Assembly: GCA_963743885.1 (NCBI GenBank)
Contig: CAVURJ010000001.1
Span: 12,949 to 76,948 of the forward strand
Direction: 5' to 3'
Source: Candidatus Moraniibacteriota bacterium
GTDB lineage: Bacteria > Patescibacteriota > Minisyncoccia > Moranbacterales > UBA1568
DNA: 64,000 nt
Below, in pieces: positions 1 to 10,500 of the stretch. The stretch's first letter is position 1. Each line of letters begins with the position of its first letter. Made by a program: the position numbers and the translations under genes. The notes under the pieces are model-generated. The model was not told the DNA's origin. It ran no database searches and saw only the letters and a list, made by a program, of their open reading frames with translations.

Positions 1-174
1 CAGCTCCGTCTGCAGGCAGCACTCAAGATGCGCATCGACAGCCAAATCGGTCAGATCGAGCTCCAGAAGAAGCTCGATACCCCAGTCAGTCAGAACGGCA
101 TCGGCCTCCACAGGCGCACTGCCGAGAAGATCGTCCGCGAAGTCGAAATCATCATGCTCCTCAAATATAGCTAA
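1..174 (+). CDS. 3' end of a hypothetical protein (partial)
   Basis: Frame 1 is open from the window start (QLRLQAALKMRIDSQIG...IIMLLKYS) to TAA at 172-174. Confidence 0.75.
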   Translation, partial: QLRLQAALKMRIDSQIGQIELQKKLDTPVSQNGIGLHRRTAEKIVREVEIIMLLKYS

Positions 175-210
175 CTAGCTTCACTAGCTGCCTTAGCTTC
201 ATTAGCTTTT
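168..210. repeat. Left repeat array of four-helix-bundle cassette (5x TAGCT)
   Basis: TAGCT at 168, 176, 185, 194 and 203; complementary to the array at 575-616. Confidence 0.85.
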
Positions 211-606
211 ATGATAAACGGCTACAGACAACTCATCGTCTGGGAAAAATCAAAACAGCTCGCTATCGCTGTTTATGAACTGACGGAAAAGTTCCCGAGA
301 GAAGAAATTTTCGGAATAACCTCACAGATGCGACGCTGCGCCATTTCAATCCCCTCTAATATAGCTGAGGGAAGAATGCGTGGGACAAGGAAGGATTTTC
401 TTTCTTTTTTGCGCATAGCCTACGGATCAGGGGCTGAACTAGAAACACAATTGGAGATATCGAGAGAAATCTTCAAGAAAACCAAAACGAACTATACGCA
501 TGTAAACCTGCTTCTTGAAGAGACCATGAAAATGCTCAATGTTATGATAAGAAGGATGAATCCCGAGTACTCACAAGCTAACGAAGCTAAAAAAGCTAAA
601 AGCTAA
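211..606 (+). CDS. Four helix bundle protein (23S rRNA IVP family)
   Basis: Signature motifs YxxLxVWxKS, FPxEExFGxTSQxRRxAxSIPSNIAEG and AxGSxxELxTQL. Confidence 0.93.
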   Translation: MINGYRQLIVWEKSKQLAIAVYELTEKFPREEIFGITSQMRRCAISIPSNIAEGRMRGTRKDFLSFLRIAYGSGAELETQLEISREIFKKTKTNYTHVNLLLEETMKMLNVMIRRMNPEYSQANEAKKAKS

Positions 607-616
607 CGAAGCTAAA
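575..616. repeat. Right repeat array of four-helix-bundle cassette (5x AAGCTA)
   Basis: AGCTA at 576, 585, 594, 601 and 610; inverted relative to 168-210. Confidence 0.85.
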
Positions 617-619
617 GAA

Positions 620-1810
620 ATGCGTTTCTTCGACCTCCTCAAACTGTCGCTTCGAATGTTCAAGGCCCGCACCATGCGGACGCTCCTTACTATCCTCGGC
701 ATGTCAGTCGGCATCGCAGCCATCATCTTCCTCGTTTCCTTCGGCTACGGCCTCCAGCGGACACTGCTCCAGAAGATCACGACTTCCGACGCGCTCGTCA
801 GCCTCGACGTCACCGCGGGCAAGGAAGGTGGGCCCGACAAACTCGATAGCACTGCTATCGACGACCTACGCCTCATCCCAGACGTAACAGACGTCATCCC
901 AGTCCTCGAGCTCGCCGGCCAAGGCCGTTTCGACGGGATCACGCTTGATATCAATACCGTCAGCTCCGAAGCTTCACTCCTCAAGATTGAAGGTCTCAAG
1001 GTCACGGAGGGACGACTCCTCGACAAAGGCGAGACTCAAGGCATCGTCATCACCACAGCTGTCGCACAGGTCTTCAATACGACCCCGGACAAGATGATCG
1101 GCCGCCCGGTTGACCTGACCCTCTTCCGCGACAAGGATAGCACCGGCAAGGAATCATCCTATAGTCCAGGCAAGCCATACACTATCGTCGGCGTCGTCTC
1201 GGGTGAAGAGAACATCGTCTACCTCCCGATCGCATCGCTTTCCGGATTCCAGATCGAAAGCTACACCAAGCTCAAGGTGAAATGCCAGTCGACTGGCGTC
1301 ATGGGCCAGGTCCGCAGCGAAGTGGAGAATCGCGGCTTCATCGCCTCGTCCATCTCCGAGACCATCGACCAGGCCAACAAAGTCTTCCGCGCCGTCCAGA
1401 TCGTCCTCATGGTCTTCGGCATGATCGCGCTCATCGTCTCGGCTATCGGTATGTTCAACACCATGACCATCGCCCTCCTCGAGCGTACTGAGGAGATCGG
1501 CATCATGAAGGCCATCGGCGCCTCACGCGGCAGCATCTCACTCATGTTCATTATGGAATCAACGCTCATGGGCTTCCTTGGCGCCTTAGGTGGCGTCGTC
1601 CTTGGTATCATCGAAGGTCAGGTGCTCAATATCCTTATCAATGCCGTCGCGACCCGCTTCGGCGGCGAATCCGTCAGCCTCTTCTACAGTCCACTCTGGT
1701 TCATCTCGACCGTCATCGGCTTCGGCGCCTTCGTCGGATTCTTGACCGGCCTCTTCCCGGCCCGCAAGGCCTCAAGCATCGATACCCTCGAAGCACTCCG
1801 ATACAAGTAG
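620..1810 (+). CDS. MacB/FtsX-family ABC transporter permease
   Basis: RTLLTILGMSVGIA N-terminal TM, extracellular domain, ERTEEIGIMKAIGA, C-terminal PARKAS..D.LEALRY. Confidence 0.92.
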   Translation: MRFFDLLKLSLRMFKARTMRTLLTILGMSVGIAAIIFLVSFGYGLQRTLLQKITTSDALVSLDVTAGKEGGPDKLDSTAIDDLRLIPDVTDVIPVLELAGQGRFDGITLDINTVSSEASLLKIEGLKVTEGRLLDKGETQGIVITTAVAQVFNTTPDKMIGRPVDLTLFRDKDSTGKESSYSPGKPYTIVGVVSGEENIVYLPIASLSGFQIESYTKLKVKCQSTGVMGQVRSEVENRGFIASSISETIDQANKVFRAVQIVLMVFGMIALIVSAIGMFNTMTIALLERTEEIGIMKAIGASRGSISLMFIMESTLMGFLGALGGVVLGIIEGQVLNILINAVATRFGGESVSLFYSPLWFISTVIGFGAFVGFLTGLFPARKASSIDTLEALRYK

Positions 1811-1847
1811 AAAACGTATTACGTATATCGTAGTATGTATCACGTAT

Positions 1848-1881
1848 AAATAAGCAGCGGATCATCCGCTGCTTATTTTTT
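1848..1881. terminator. Bidirectional intrinsic terminator
   Basis: AAATAAGCAGCGGAT-C-ATCCGCTGCTTATTT followed by a T run, between convergent genes. Confidence 0.75.
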
Positions 1882-1964
1882 ACCCATAGAAAAACCCGCC
1901 GATACAACACGTGGAGAGTTTCTCTACGCCTGTTGCGGCGGGTTGGTAGGAACGAGCTGATTTC

Positions 1965-2285
1965 TCAGCTGCCCCCAGTGATAGGTTCGTCCGAAGACGT
2001 GACCACGAGACCTTCAAGCACTGTGGTTTTCAGACACCTGGGATGCCAGCACTTCTGTACCACATACGGATGCATACGACTGGGACCGTAACTGAAATCT
2101 GGCGTCTCATCGTGGATCTGCACCGTCAGCCGACTACCGCACTTGGGACAGTGTTGGAAGCCACCGGCAGAATGAATCACAGCAGCGATGAAGACAGTGA
2201 ATGCAAACAAGCAAACAGCAACCTGCAACAGTCCGAACAGCAAAGTCACAATGGCAGCAATCAGCAGAATAAACAGGAACGGCAT
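1965..2285 (-). CDS. Small membrane protein with C-terminal zinc-ribbon-like motif
   Basis: Hydrophobic N-terminal 38 aa, CPKC and C-WHPR-C; SD-like GAGG upstream; hairpin at 1891-1945 downstream. Confidence 0.6.
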   Translation of the reverse strand: MPFLFILLIAAIVTLLFGLLQVAVCLFAFTVFIAAVIHSAGGFQHCPKCGSRLTVQIHDETPDFSYGPSRMHPYVVQKCWHPRCLKTTVLEGLVVTSSDEPITGGS

Positions 2286-2534
2286 GATGACCCCCTCGGG
2301 AATGAACCAAAAAGATAAAGAATTGGTTGTTAATGCACTTCAAAAGAATATAGCATATTTTTATCATTCTGTCAATATTACGTAATAAAAACGGCTCAAA
2401 AGAGCCGCTATATCCAAACCTATCCTCCCTTAACTCTATCTTTGCCCTGTACTCTTTACCCTCTCTGTCTTTCTACACCCTAAACCCTATCATCTATACC
2501 CTGCCCTTTCTACACCCTAACCCCTATCCCCTGT

Positions 2535-4304
2535 TCAGTACGTCGAGCGAAGCGCATTGACGATCACAATGACGTCGATGACCTCCTGGAGGATGGCGCC
2601 ATAGAGCGGCGGTATATAGCCAGCCGAAGCGATGAGCATACCAGCCGATGAAAGCCCGATGCCAAGCATGATGCTCTGGAACGCGACGTGGTAGGAGCGG
2701 CGGCCGATATGCACCGCATCGCGGATGAGCCAAGCGTCGCGGCCGAGGATAGCAACATCCGCTGCCTCGATTGACGCACTGTTCTCCGTGCCCGAAAAGA
2801 CGATGCCAACATCAGCGAGCGCCAGCGCCGGCGCGTCGTTCATGCCATCCCCGATCATACCAACCAGCTCCCCCTCTCCTTGATAACGCTTAACCAGTGT
2901 CGTCTTCTTTTCTGGGCTGCAATCAGCGTAGATCGGGATCCGAAAATGCCCGAAGATGCGCTCAGCATTCGCTTTGCGATCACCAGTCAATATACCAAGG
3001 CTATAGCCACGCTCCCTGAGATAATCGAAGACCTTGGCGCTCCCTGCCTTGAGCTCGTCATCGAAATAGAAGCGGGCGATCCGATGTTCGCCCGAGAGCA
3101 GATCCACAACGATGCCATTATCCTTTGCATCTTCCGCTTTCACGATGCCATAACGCTGGCCAGCAATCGTCCCGAAGATACCCTTCCCGATGACCTCTTC
3201 CACATCCTCGGCGAAGAACCGTTCCTCACCATGCACCGCGTGCGCCTCAATGAACGCCTTGGCAAGCGGATGGAAAGAGTGCCACTCGAGCGCCGCCGCG
3301 AGCGCGAGCGCCCCATCCTTATCGATATGCTTGTCAGACAGCTCGATCCGCTCGAGGTGCGGCACGCCGAGCGTGAGCGTCCCGGTCTTGTCGAAGAAGA
3401 AACGCTTGGTCCGCGCTAGAAGCTCGAGCGCGTACGGGCCCTTGATGATAATATTCTTGCGCGCTGCCTTGTTAAGCCCGCCGATAAAGGAGAGCGGCGC
3501 CGCGATGAGGAGTGGGCACGGCGTCGCGATGACGAGCACCGCCAAGAACCGTCCCCAATCCCCGGAAACGGCATATGCCGCAAAAGCGACTGCCAAAGAA
3601 AATACCGTAAAATAGCCATTATATCGTTCCGCGAGACGCCCCAGAGGCGACGGATGCGTCTTGCCCTCTTCGACCAGGCCCAAGATCCGTCGGTAGCTCG
3701 AATGCTCGAAGTCGCCCTTCACGCGAAGCTCCGCCGTCTCACCGACGTTGATGATGCCGCCCTTGAGGAGCGTGCCATGCTCATAGACGACCGGCTCCAT
3801 CTCGCCCGTCAGGTTCGCCTCATTGAAGAGGCCTTTCTCCGAAACAAGTGTCCCATCAATAGCGATCATCTCGCCGCGCTTCACAATGATGACATCGCCC
3901 GGACGCGCGTCCTGGAGCGCTACATTCTCCGTACCCTGCCCAACCTTCCGAAGCACCGTCTTCGGGATATTCTCGAAAAGGCCACGAAGCGTCTTTTCTG
4001 CCCGCGTCGTGCCATACTTCTCGAGCGCCGCCGAGACCGCCACCATGAGCGCCACGACCGCACCCGGCAGCATCTCGCCGAGTGTGAGTGACAGTGCAAG
4101 CGCGATGAACGCCAGATAATCGAGGTTCCACTTCTTCATCCGCAGACGCTCCCATGATTCCCATGCGAGAGATATGAGTCCGGCCGCGATCATGGCTGCA
4201 TAAGCAATCGCGGAATCCGTAGCCAAAGCAAATATGAGCACGATCGCAAGTACAATCGGAAAATGAAACTCTCGACTCTTCAGGATATCAAATACGGATA
4301 TCAT
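2535..4304 (-). CDS. Heavy-metal-translocating P1B-type ATPase
   Basis: TGE, CPC in TM, DKTGTLT, HP, TGD and GDGMND motifs; no N-terminal metal-binding domain. Confidence 0.95.
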   Translation of the reverse strand: MISVFDILKSREFHFPIVLAIVLIFALATDSAIAYAAMIAAGLISLAWESWERLRMKKWNLDYLAFIALALSLTLGEMLPGAVVALMVAVSAALEKYGTTRAEKTLRGLFENIPKTVLRKVGQGTENVALQDARPGDVIIVKRGEMIAIDGTLVSEKGLFNEANLTGEMEPVVYEHGTLLKGGIINVGETAELRVKGDFEHSSYRRILGLVEEGKTHPSPLGRLAERYNGYFTVFSLAVAFAAYAVSGDWGRFLAVLVIATPCPLLIAAPLSFIGGLNKAARKNIIIKGPYALELLARTKRFFFDKTGTLTLGVPHLERIELSDKHIDKDGALALAAALEWHSFHPLAKAFIEAHAVHGEERFFAEDVEEVIGKGIFGTIAGQRYGIVKAEDAKDNGIVVDLLSGEHRIARFYFDDELKAGSAKVFDYLRERGYSLGILTGDRKANAERIFGHFRIPIYADCSPEKKTTLVKRYQGEGELVGMIGDGMNDAPALALADVGIVFSGTENSASIEAADVAILGRDAWLIRDAVHIGRRSYHVAFQSIMLGIGLSSAGMLIASAGYIPPLYGAILQEVIDVIVIVNALRSTY

Positions 4305-4316
4305 GATGATTTTTTG

Positions 4317-5774
4317 TTAAATGATTTTCTTTTTATTAGCTGCTGGATCAACAAGGTGATTTCGTAGCGGATTGCCGTTCTTGTACGCACGAATCCGAAT
4401 CTCATCGGCCTGAAGGCGCTCCTCAAGCGCCTCTATCTCCCGATCCTCACGACGCACCTGCCGAAGCAGCCAAAAGAACGCCGCCCCAAACATACCAGAA
4501 ATGAATAGGACACCGCCGAAAAGATAAAGAAAGAGATTGCTCGGCGAACCGGCAGCCATCCGGAGCATATCCCAGCGCGTATCAACCGACAATCCTGCCT
4601 GCCGGAGCTCAGCGCACCGATTAAAGTACGGCTCCAGCCGTTCGAGCGCCCCGAATCCGCTGTTCGTCCCCGAAGCAGCAGCCATGAAAGATGCCTCAGC
4701 GCTCTCGCAACGCTTCGCTGAGAACTGGAGGAACCCTTCCCGGAAACGCTGCCCGTATACGCCCTCCTCCGGAGCGATCCGCATCTCATCGGCCGCCGTA
4801 CGGAGGATATCGATCGGAAGCGCGAAGGCGAAGTTGTCGCCCGACACCTGGTCAAACCCACTCGTCTGAAAAGTAATGATACCCACGGCCTCGCCAGCAT
4901 CATTCAAGAGCGGCCCACCGCTCGAGCCCTCTGATACCTTGGCATCAGTCTGGAATATCCGGAAGCTCCGATCGGATGACTGCTTGATAGCACTCACGAC
5001 ACCCTCAGTAAAAGTCGCCTCGGCCGGATCATTCCGGTTAGCCTCGGCGGTCGCCGGAAACCCGAAGATAAAGGCTTTCCTTCCGACTGACAAGTCTTCC
5101 GAGCGGCCCAAGCGGAGCGCCGGCAAACCAGTCTCGGCAATCCGTATGATGGCGATATCGCGCTCATCATCGAGGAAACGATCATTCACGGAAATGATTT
5201 CAGCCGGATACCCCTCAGCCATCAGATCCGCGATGCGGGTCTTGTCCGATCCGGGCCGGAGCACCGCCACCTCATGATGGAGATCGAAAGTGCTGTGATC
5301 GATGACGTAGCGGAGCACCTCGCGCGTGAAGCGCTCACCCTCCTCAGAATCAATGAAGGACCCGAGCTCCTCCTCGGAAAGGAAGAGCGCATTCTCGAAC
5401 ATCGCCGAAAGCGCGCTCTCGGATGCGAGGGACTGTTTGACTGTCTCCTGCGAAACGACATGGGCGTTGGTAGCGATAGAGCCGTCAGAGTGGATGACGA
5501 AGCCGCTCCCTGAAAGATACTCATCGACCTCTACTTCGGTATACTCATCCGGAATAACCGCCACGAAGCGCTTCCGAATATCCACCTTGACCGCCGGGAC
5601 CTTCGCCGTACCGGACACATGTTCGGCGATACGGACCACTGACGGCTTGGCCAAATCAGCGAGCGCCTCTTCTGGTAGTGCAGACGGCTGCGCCAAAACC
5701 GGAAATATCGGAAAGCCGGAGAGGACCATCACGAAAACCGCCAGGATGCTGTTTGTCTTTATCTGGGGTGCCAT
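4317..5774 (-). CDS. Trypsin-like (S1C/HtrA-type) serine protease with C-terminal TM anchor
   Basis: GSGF, TNAHVV, DIAII and GSSGGPL catalytic motifs; signal peptide; no PDZ domain evident. Confidence 0.9.
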   Translation of the reverse strand: MAPQIKTNSILAVFVMVLSGFPIFPVLAQPSALPEEALADLAKPSVVRIAEHVSGTAKVPAVKVDIRKRFVAVIPDEYTEVEVDEYLSGSGFVIHSDGSIATNAHVVSQETVKQSLASESALSAMFENALFLSEEELGSFIDSEEGERFTREVLRYVIDHSTFDLHHEVAVLRPGSDKTRIADLMAEGYPAEIISVNDRFLDDERDIAIIRIAETGLPALRLGRSEDLSVGRKAFIFGFPATAEANRNDPAEATFTEGVVSAIKQSSDRSFRIFQTDAKVSEGSSGGPLLNDAGEAVGIITFQTSGFDQVSGDNFAFALPIDILRTAADEMRIAPEEGVYGQRFREGFLQFSAKRCESAEASFMAAASGTNSGFGALERLEPYFNRCAELRQAGLSVDTRWDMLRMAAGSPSNLFLYLFGGVLFISGMFGAAFFWLLRQVRREDREIEALEERLQADEIRIRAYKNGNPLRNHLVDPAANKKKII

Positions 5775-5886
5775 AGGAGTGTTTCAATTGTAGCATAAAA
5801 AAGAGAGGTTTAATCCCATCTTCCCACCCTCATCTCTCATCTTCTTCGTCTATCCCCTGTACCCTATTACCTCTACCCTACCCATA

Positions 5887-5916
5887 TTGACAGATTATTA
5901 GTTTATAAGTAAACTA
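5887..5916 (+). promoter_or_regulatory. sigma70 promoter overlapped by a MarR-type operator palindrome
   Basis: TTGACA (5887)-17 bp-TAAACT; palindrome TAGTTTA-taag-TAAACTA at 5899-5916. Confidence 0.75.
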
Positions 5917-5943
5917 TCCATACATGAACTAATCATACGCTCT

Positions 5944-6435
5944 ATGAACACCCCGTGCCGTTTCGAAAAAGCCGACATCGCCTCGCCGATATTCTGTGCC
6001 TGGACCAGGCTCGAATCCCTCGCTCAACGTCATGTCTTCGGACGCGTCGGGCTGAGCTCATCGAGCTTCAAGATCCTCGCCCTGATCGCTCGCAGACGCT
6101 CAATCACCCCAAGCGATATCCTCGCCGAACTCGAGATTACCAAGTCCAACCTGAGCCAGCGACTGCGCGCCCTCGAAGAGAAGCGCCTCATCAAGCGCTC
6201 TCGGGCAGGCATATCAGACGACCGCCGCAAAGTCGCTTTCCTGATTACTCCAGCCGGAGAACGCAAGCTCCGTGAAGCAGCCCTCGTCGCCAAACAAGCC
6301 GGCCTCTCCTTTGAAAAAGACTTCACCAAAGAGGAGATCAAGCATCATCGGGCATTCTTCACAAAACTCCTCATTCTGCTCGACCAGAAAGAACAAGAGC
6401 TCAAGAAACAGCCGAAAAAAGCCATAACCAAGTAA
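5944..6435 (+). CDS. MarR family transcriptional regulator
   Basis: wHTH with LEEKRLIKR...DDRR...ITPAG; heads the efflux operon. Confidence 0.92.
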   Translation: MNTPCRFEKADIASPIFCAWTRLESLAQRHVFGRVGLSSSSFKILALIARRRSITPSDILAELEITKSNLSQRLRALEEKRLIKRSRAGISDDRRKVAFLITPAGERKLREAALVAKQAGLSFEKDFTKEEIKHHRAFFTKLLILLDQKEQELKKQPKKAITK

Positions 6436-6450
6436 TAACCACCCTATCCT

Positions 6451-7536
6451 ATGAACAAACGCTTCCTTATCGCTACAGCCCTCGCTCTGATTCTCGGCGG
6501 ACTCGCCTTCTTTTTCTCCCGGGAAGAGTCTTCTCCGGAAAAGACCTCAGCTAATCAGACAAACGCCCCGCTTGCTGTTCGGACCGAAAGCGTCGCTGAA
6601 AGACAGTCCTCGTCTTTCCATTTCTCCTACCCCGGCACCGTCTCAAACGAAGGCGAAGCTACACTTACCGCGCAAGTCTCCGGCACGATCGTCTCGGCCG
6701 ACCTCGCCCTCAATAGATATGTCAGTGCCGGACAGACGCTCTATACTATCGACGAAACCGGTACAAGCCTTGGATCGAAGGGTGGTACACAGAGCGCCGA
6801 CCTCCAGAGCGCTGCTCTCTCGCTTGAAAACGCCAAAAAAGCCTACCAGGAAGCCGTCCGGAACGACCATCAGGAAGGCACGAGTGCTTCGGAAAGCGCC
6901 AAGATCCAGGCCCGAAACAGCCGCGATATGGCTGAGATCGCCTACGCATCGCTCCGCGACAAACGCTTCGTGAAGAGTCCGATAGCCGGAACTGTCACCA
7001 TCAAGCATGCTTCTGTCGGTGATACCGTCTCGGCCGGGACGCCGCTTGCGACCGTGAGCCGCGGCAAAAAAGTCGTGCGATTCTTCGTACATGACACAGA
7101 ACATCTGCTCCTCACCCCGGGCCAAGAGATTTCTTTCAGCAAGAATGCCGACGGCCAGGACGCCATCGTGGGCAAGCTCCTCCGCGTCGCCCAGACTGCC
7201 GACCCTGAAAGCCGGCGCTTCCTCGCCGAAGCGGAAAGTGCTGATCCGCGCTTCAAGAAATTTGCGAGCGGATCCGTCGTCACTGTATCTGCATCCGTCA
7301 CTCGGGTAGCCCCGGCTGGAAGTTTCTTCCTTCCCCTCTCCGCAGTGCTCCGCGACCAGAGCGGCGCTGCCGTGCTCGCTTATGACGATGGCCAGGCCAA
7401 GCGCCTTCCGGTCGATATCCGGAGCATCGATGGCGAGACAGTCGAGCTCTCCGGATTGAATGATACCGCGACCCGTATCATCATGACGGACGTCAAGCGC
7501 CTCAAAGAAGGTGATGCCATCACGCTCAAACAGTAA
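6451..7536 (+). CDS. RND efflux membrane fusion (adaptor) protein
   Basis: N-terminal TM, lipoyl half-motifs (AQVSGTI..., KSPIAGTV...VGDTVSAGTPL) and a coiled-coil hairpin. Confidence 0.9.
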   Translation: MNKRFLIATALALILGGLAFFFSREESSPEKTSANQTNAPLAVRTESVAERQSSSFHFSYPGTVSNEGEATLTAQVSGTIVSADLALNRYVSAGQTLYTIDETGTSLGSKGGTQSADLQSAALSLENAKKAYQEAVRNDHQEGTSASESAKIQARNSRDMAEIAYASLRDKRFVKSPIAGTVTIKHASVGDTVSAGTPLATVSRGKKVVRFFVHDTEHLLLTPGQEISFSKNADGQDAIVGKLLRVAQTADPESRRFLAEAESADPRFKKFASGSVVTVSASVTRVAPAGSFFLPLSAVLRDQSGAAVLAYDDGQAKRLPVDIRSIDGETVELSGLNDTATRIIMTDVKRLKEGDAITLKQ

Positions 7537-7558
7537 CTCATCTGGTTTCTTTCCCTTT

Positions 7559-10500
7559 ATGCCTACTACACCGGAACACCGCGACCCATCCTCGGACTCC
7601 CGCTACCTCGATACGCTCACCTTCGACCCGGAGCTGAAGCAGGGTTTCCTCAATTTCTTCGTGACCCGCACGCGCGTCGTCATCCTCTTGATCATCCTCC
7701 TCTCCGGCTGGGGTATCTACGCTTACAATATCCTCCCGCGCGAATCGAACCCAGAGGTCAAGATCCCTATCGCCATCGTCTCCGCCGTCCTCCCTGGCGC
7801 CTCACCGAGCGACGTCGAAGAGCTCGTCACCAAAAAGATCGAGACCGAAGTCTCTTCGCTCAAAGGTGCAAGCAAAGTGACTTCGACATCATCCAACTCC
7901 GTCTCGGTCACGAGCATCGAATTTGAAGCAAGCGAAAATCTCGACGATGCCATCCGCCGCGTCCGCGATGCCGTCAACACCGTCGCTCCGGACCTGCCAG
8001 CCGAAGTCGAGACACCGACCGTCTCCGAGATCTCCTTCGATGACCAGCCGATTCTCACGATGGTCCTCACTGGCCCCTACGACGGCTTCACACTGCGCGA
8101 ACACGCCAAAACGCTCCAGGATGAGCTCGAAAAAGTCCCTGATGTCCGCGACGTGACGCTCTCGGGCGGCGATGAGGTGGAATTTTCCATCGCCTACGAC
8201 CCCGCCAAACTGGCAGTCTACGGGCTCTCGGCGGATGCCGCCAATAACGCCGTACGAAGCGCCAATATCGCCGTCCCCGGCGGCAATTTCGACGGACAAG
8301 AATTCGTCTACCCCATCCGTTCCGACGGTCGCTTCTTCGACGCGCAGGCACTCGGCGACACTCCAATCCAAAAGACAAGAAGCGGCGCTATCATCTCCCT
8401 CCGCGATATCGCAACCGTCGAGGAACGCGCCATCAAACGCACGGCACTCTCCCGCCTCTCCATCAGCGGCAGCACCCCGGAAAACGCCGTCACTATCGAT
8501 ATTGTCAAGAAAACCGGCGGCTCGATCATCGATATCGCCGACACATCGAAGAAGACCGTGGCCGATCTTCTCGCCACCTTCCCGAGCGGCATGAAGACCG
8601 ATATCACTGTCGACCTCTCGGACCAGATCAGTAATGACTTCACGCAACTCAGTCACGACTTCCTCATCACCGTCACGCTCGTCGTCATCACACTCATCCT
8701 CTTGGTCGGGCTCAAGGAGGCACTCATCGCCGGCCTCACTATCCCACTCGTCTTCTTCGCAACCTTCGGGACGATGATGCTCACCGGCACCTCGCTCAAC
8801 TTCCTCTCGCTCTTCTCGCTCCTCCTCGCACTCGGCCTCCTGGTCGATGACGCCATCGTGGTCGTTTCCGCCACCAAGCAATACCTGCGCACTGGCAAGT
8901 TCACACCGGAAGAGGCGGTACTCCTTGTGCTCCGCGACTTCAAGGTCGTACTCCTCACCACGACTCTCGCCACCACCTTCGCTTTCATGCCGCTCCTCCT
9001 CTCGAGTGGCATCATGGGAGAGTTCATCAAATCCATCCCGATCACCGTCTCAATCACGCTCATCTCCTCGCTCATCATCGCCATCGTCATCAACCATCCT
9101 CTCGCGGCTGCCCTCGAGCGCATCCGCTTCACCCGAGGCCTCTTCTCCGCACTCGCGCTCCTCGCCCTCGCTGTCGGTCTTATCGCCATCGTGTCCCTCT
9201 CGGGCATCGCCCGCTTCGCACTCGCGGCTGCTTCATTCGCCGCCTTCTTCCTCCTCATCCGCTACCGCTACCAGAGGGGTGGCGAGGCAGTCCTCAAGCA
9301 CAACGAACTCCTCGTCGAAAAAGAGCGCACGAGCGACGCCCTCATCAAAGAAAAGCTCTCTCACCAAATCAGCGACGAAGCCCACTTCATGAACCGTCTC
9401 ATGCACGGTATCGTCCGCATCGACCACTTCATCCCGCTCTATGAGCGCTGGCTCCGCTACACCCTCTCGACCAAGAAGCGCCGTCTCACGGTCGTTCTCG
9501 GCACCGTGGCCCTCTTTGTCGCGACCGCTCTCCTCCCTATCACTGGCATCGTGAAATCCGAGTTCTTCCCTGCTTCCGACGAAGAGCTTCTCTACATCAA
9601 TATCACCGCCCCGATCGGGCTGAAGCTTGAGAAAACCGATGTCATCGTGCGAGAGGTCGAAAAGACACTCCTCACCTACCCGGAAATCAAAAACTTCTCC
9701 ACCGTCGTCGGCCGCTCTTCCTCGGGCGATGGCCTCGGTAGCGGCAGCTCCTCCACGCATGTCGGGAGCATCACCGTCAAACTAACCAAGCCCGATGACC
9801 GTGACATCACCTCCTACGACCTCGCGACTGAGATCCGCGACGAGCTCGCTCCGATACGTGAAGCCGACATCACCGTCTTTTCTCCCTCAGGCGGACCGCC
9901 GGCCGGCGACGCTTTTGAAGCCCAGATACGTGGCGAAGACCTGAACGAACTCTCGCGCATCGCAGGCGATCTCAAGGATATCCTCGCGACGATCCCCGGC
10001 GTGACCGGCATCGAAGTCTCACTCAAGGAAGCCCCCGCTGAATACACCTTCACGCTCGATCCTGCCCGCATGGAGCTCTATGGCCTGGACGCTGCCTCTG
10101 TGGGCTCGACGCTGCGCATGGCTGTCTCCGGCACCGAGATCACCAAAGTCATCCGTGATACCGACGAAATCAAAGTTATCGCCCGCTTCGATGAGCGCGC
10201 GCTTCCGACGCTCCAATCGCTCCAGAACCTTCAGATCATCAACCAATCCGGTACGCCAGTCTACCTCAAAGACGTCGCGACTATCGAGCTCAAGCCGTCC
10301 GTCAACGCCATCACGCGCATCGATGAAAAACGCGTCGTGAAGCTCTCCTCCGACGTCATCGGCGACACCAACGCCCAAGAGCTCCTCAAAGCCTTCCAGG
10401 ACAAAGTCGCCGCAAGCTACACACTCCCAGACGGCTATACCTTGAGCTACGGCGGCGAAAACGAAGAGAATACAGAATCAGTGCAGTCCATCCTCAGGGC

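Noticed and set aside
211-606. 23S rRNA intervening sequence or DGR avd gene
   Set aside because: The flanks are protein-coding genes, not rRNA; no reverse transcriptase or TR/VR pair is in the window.
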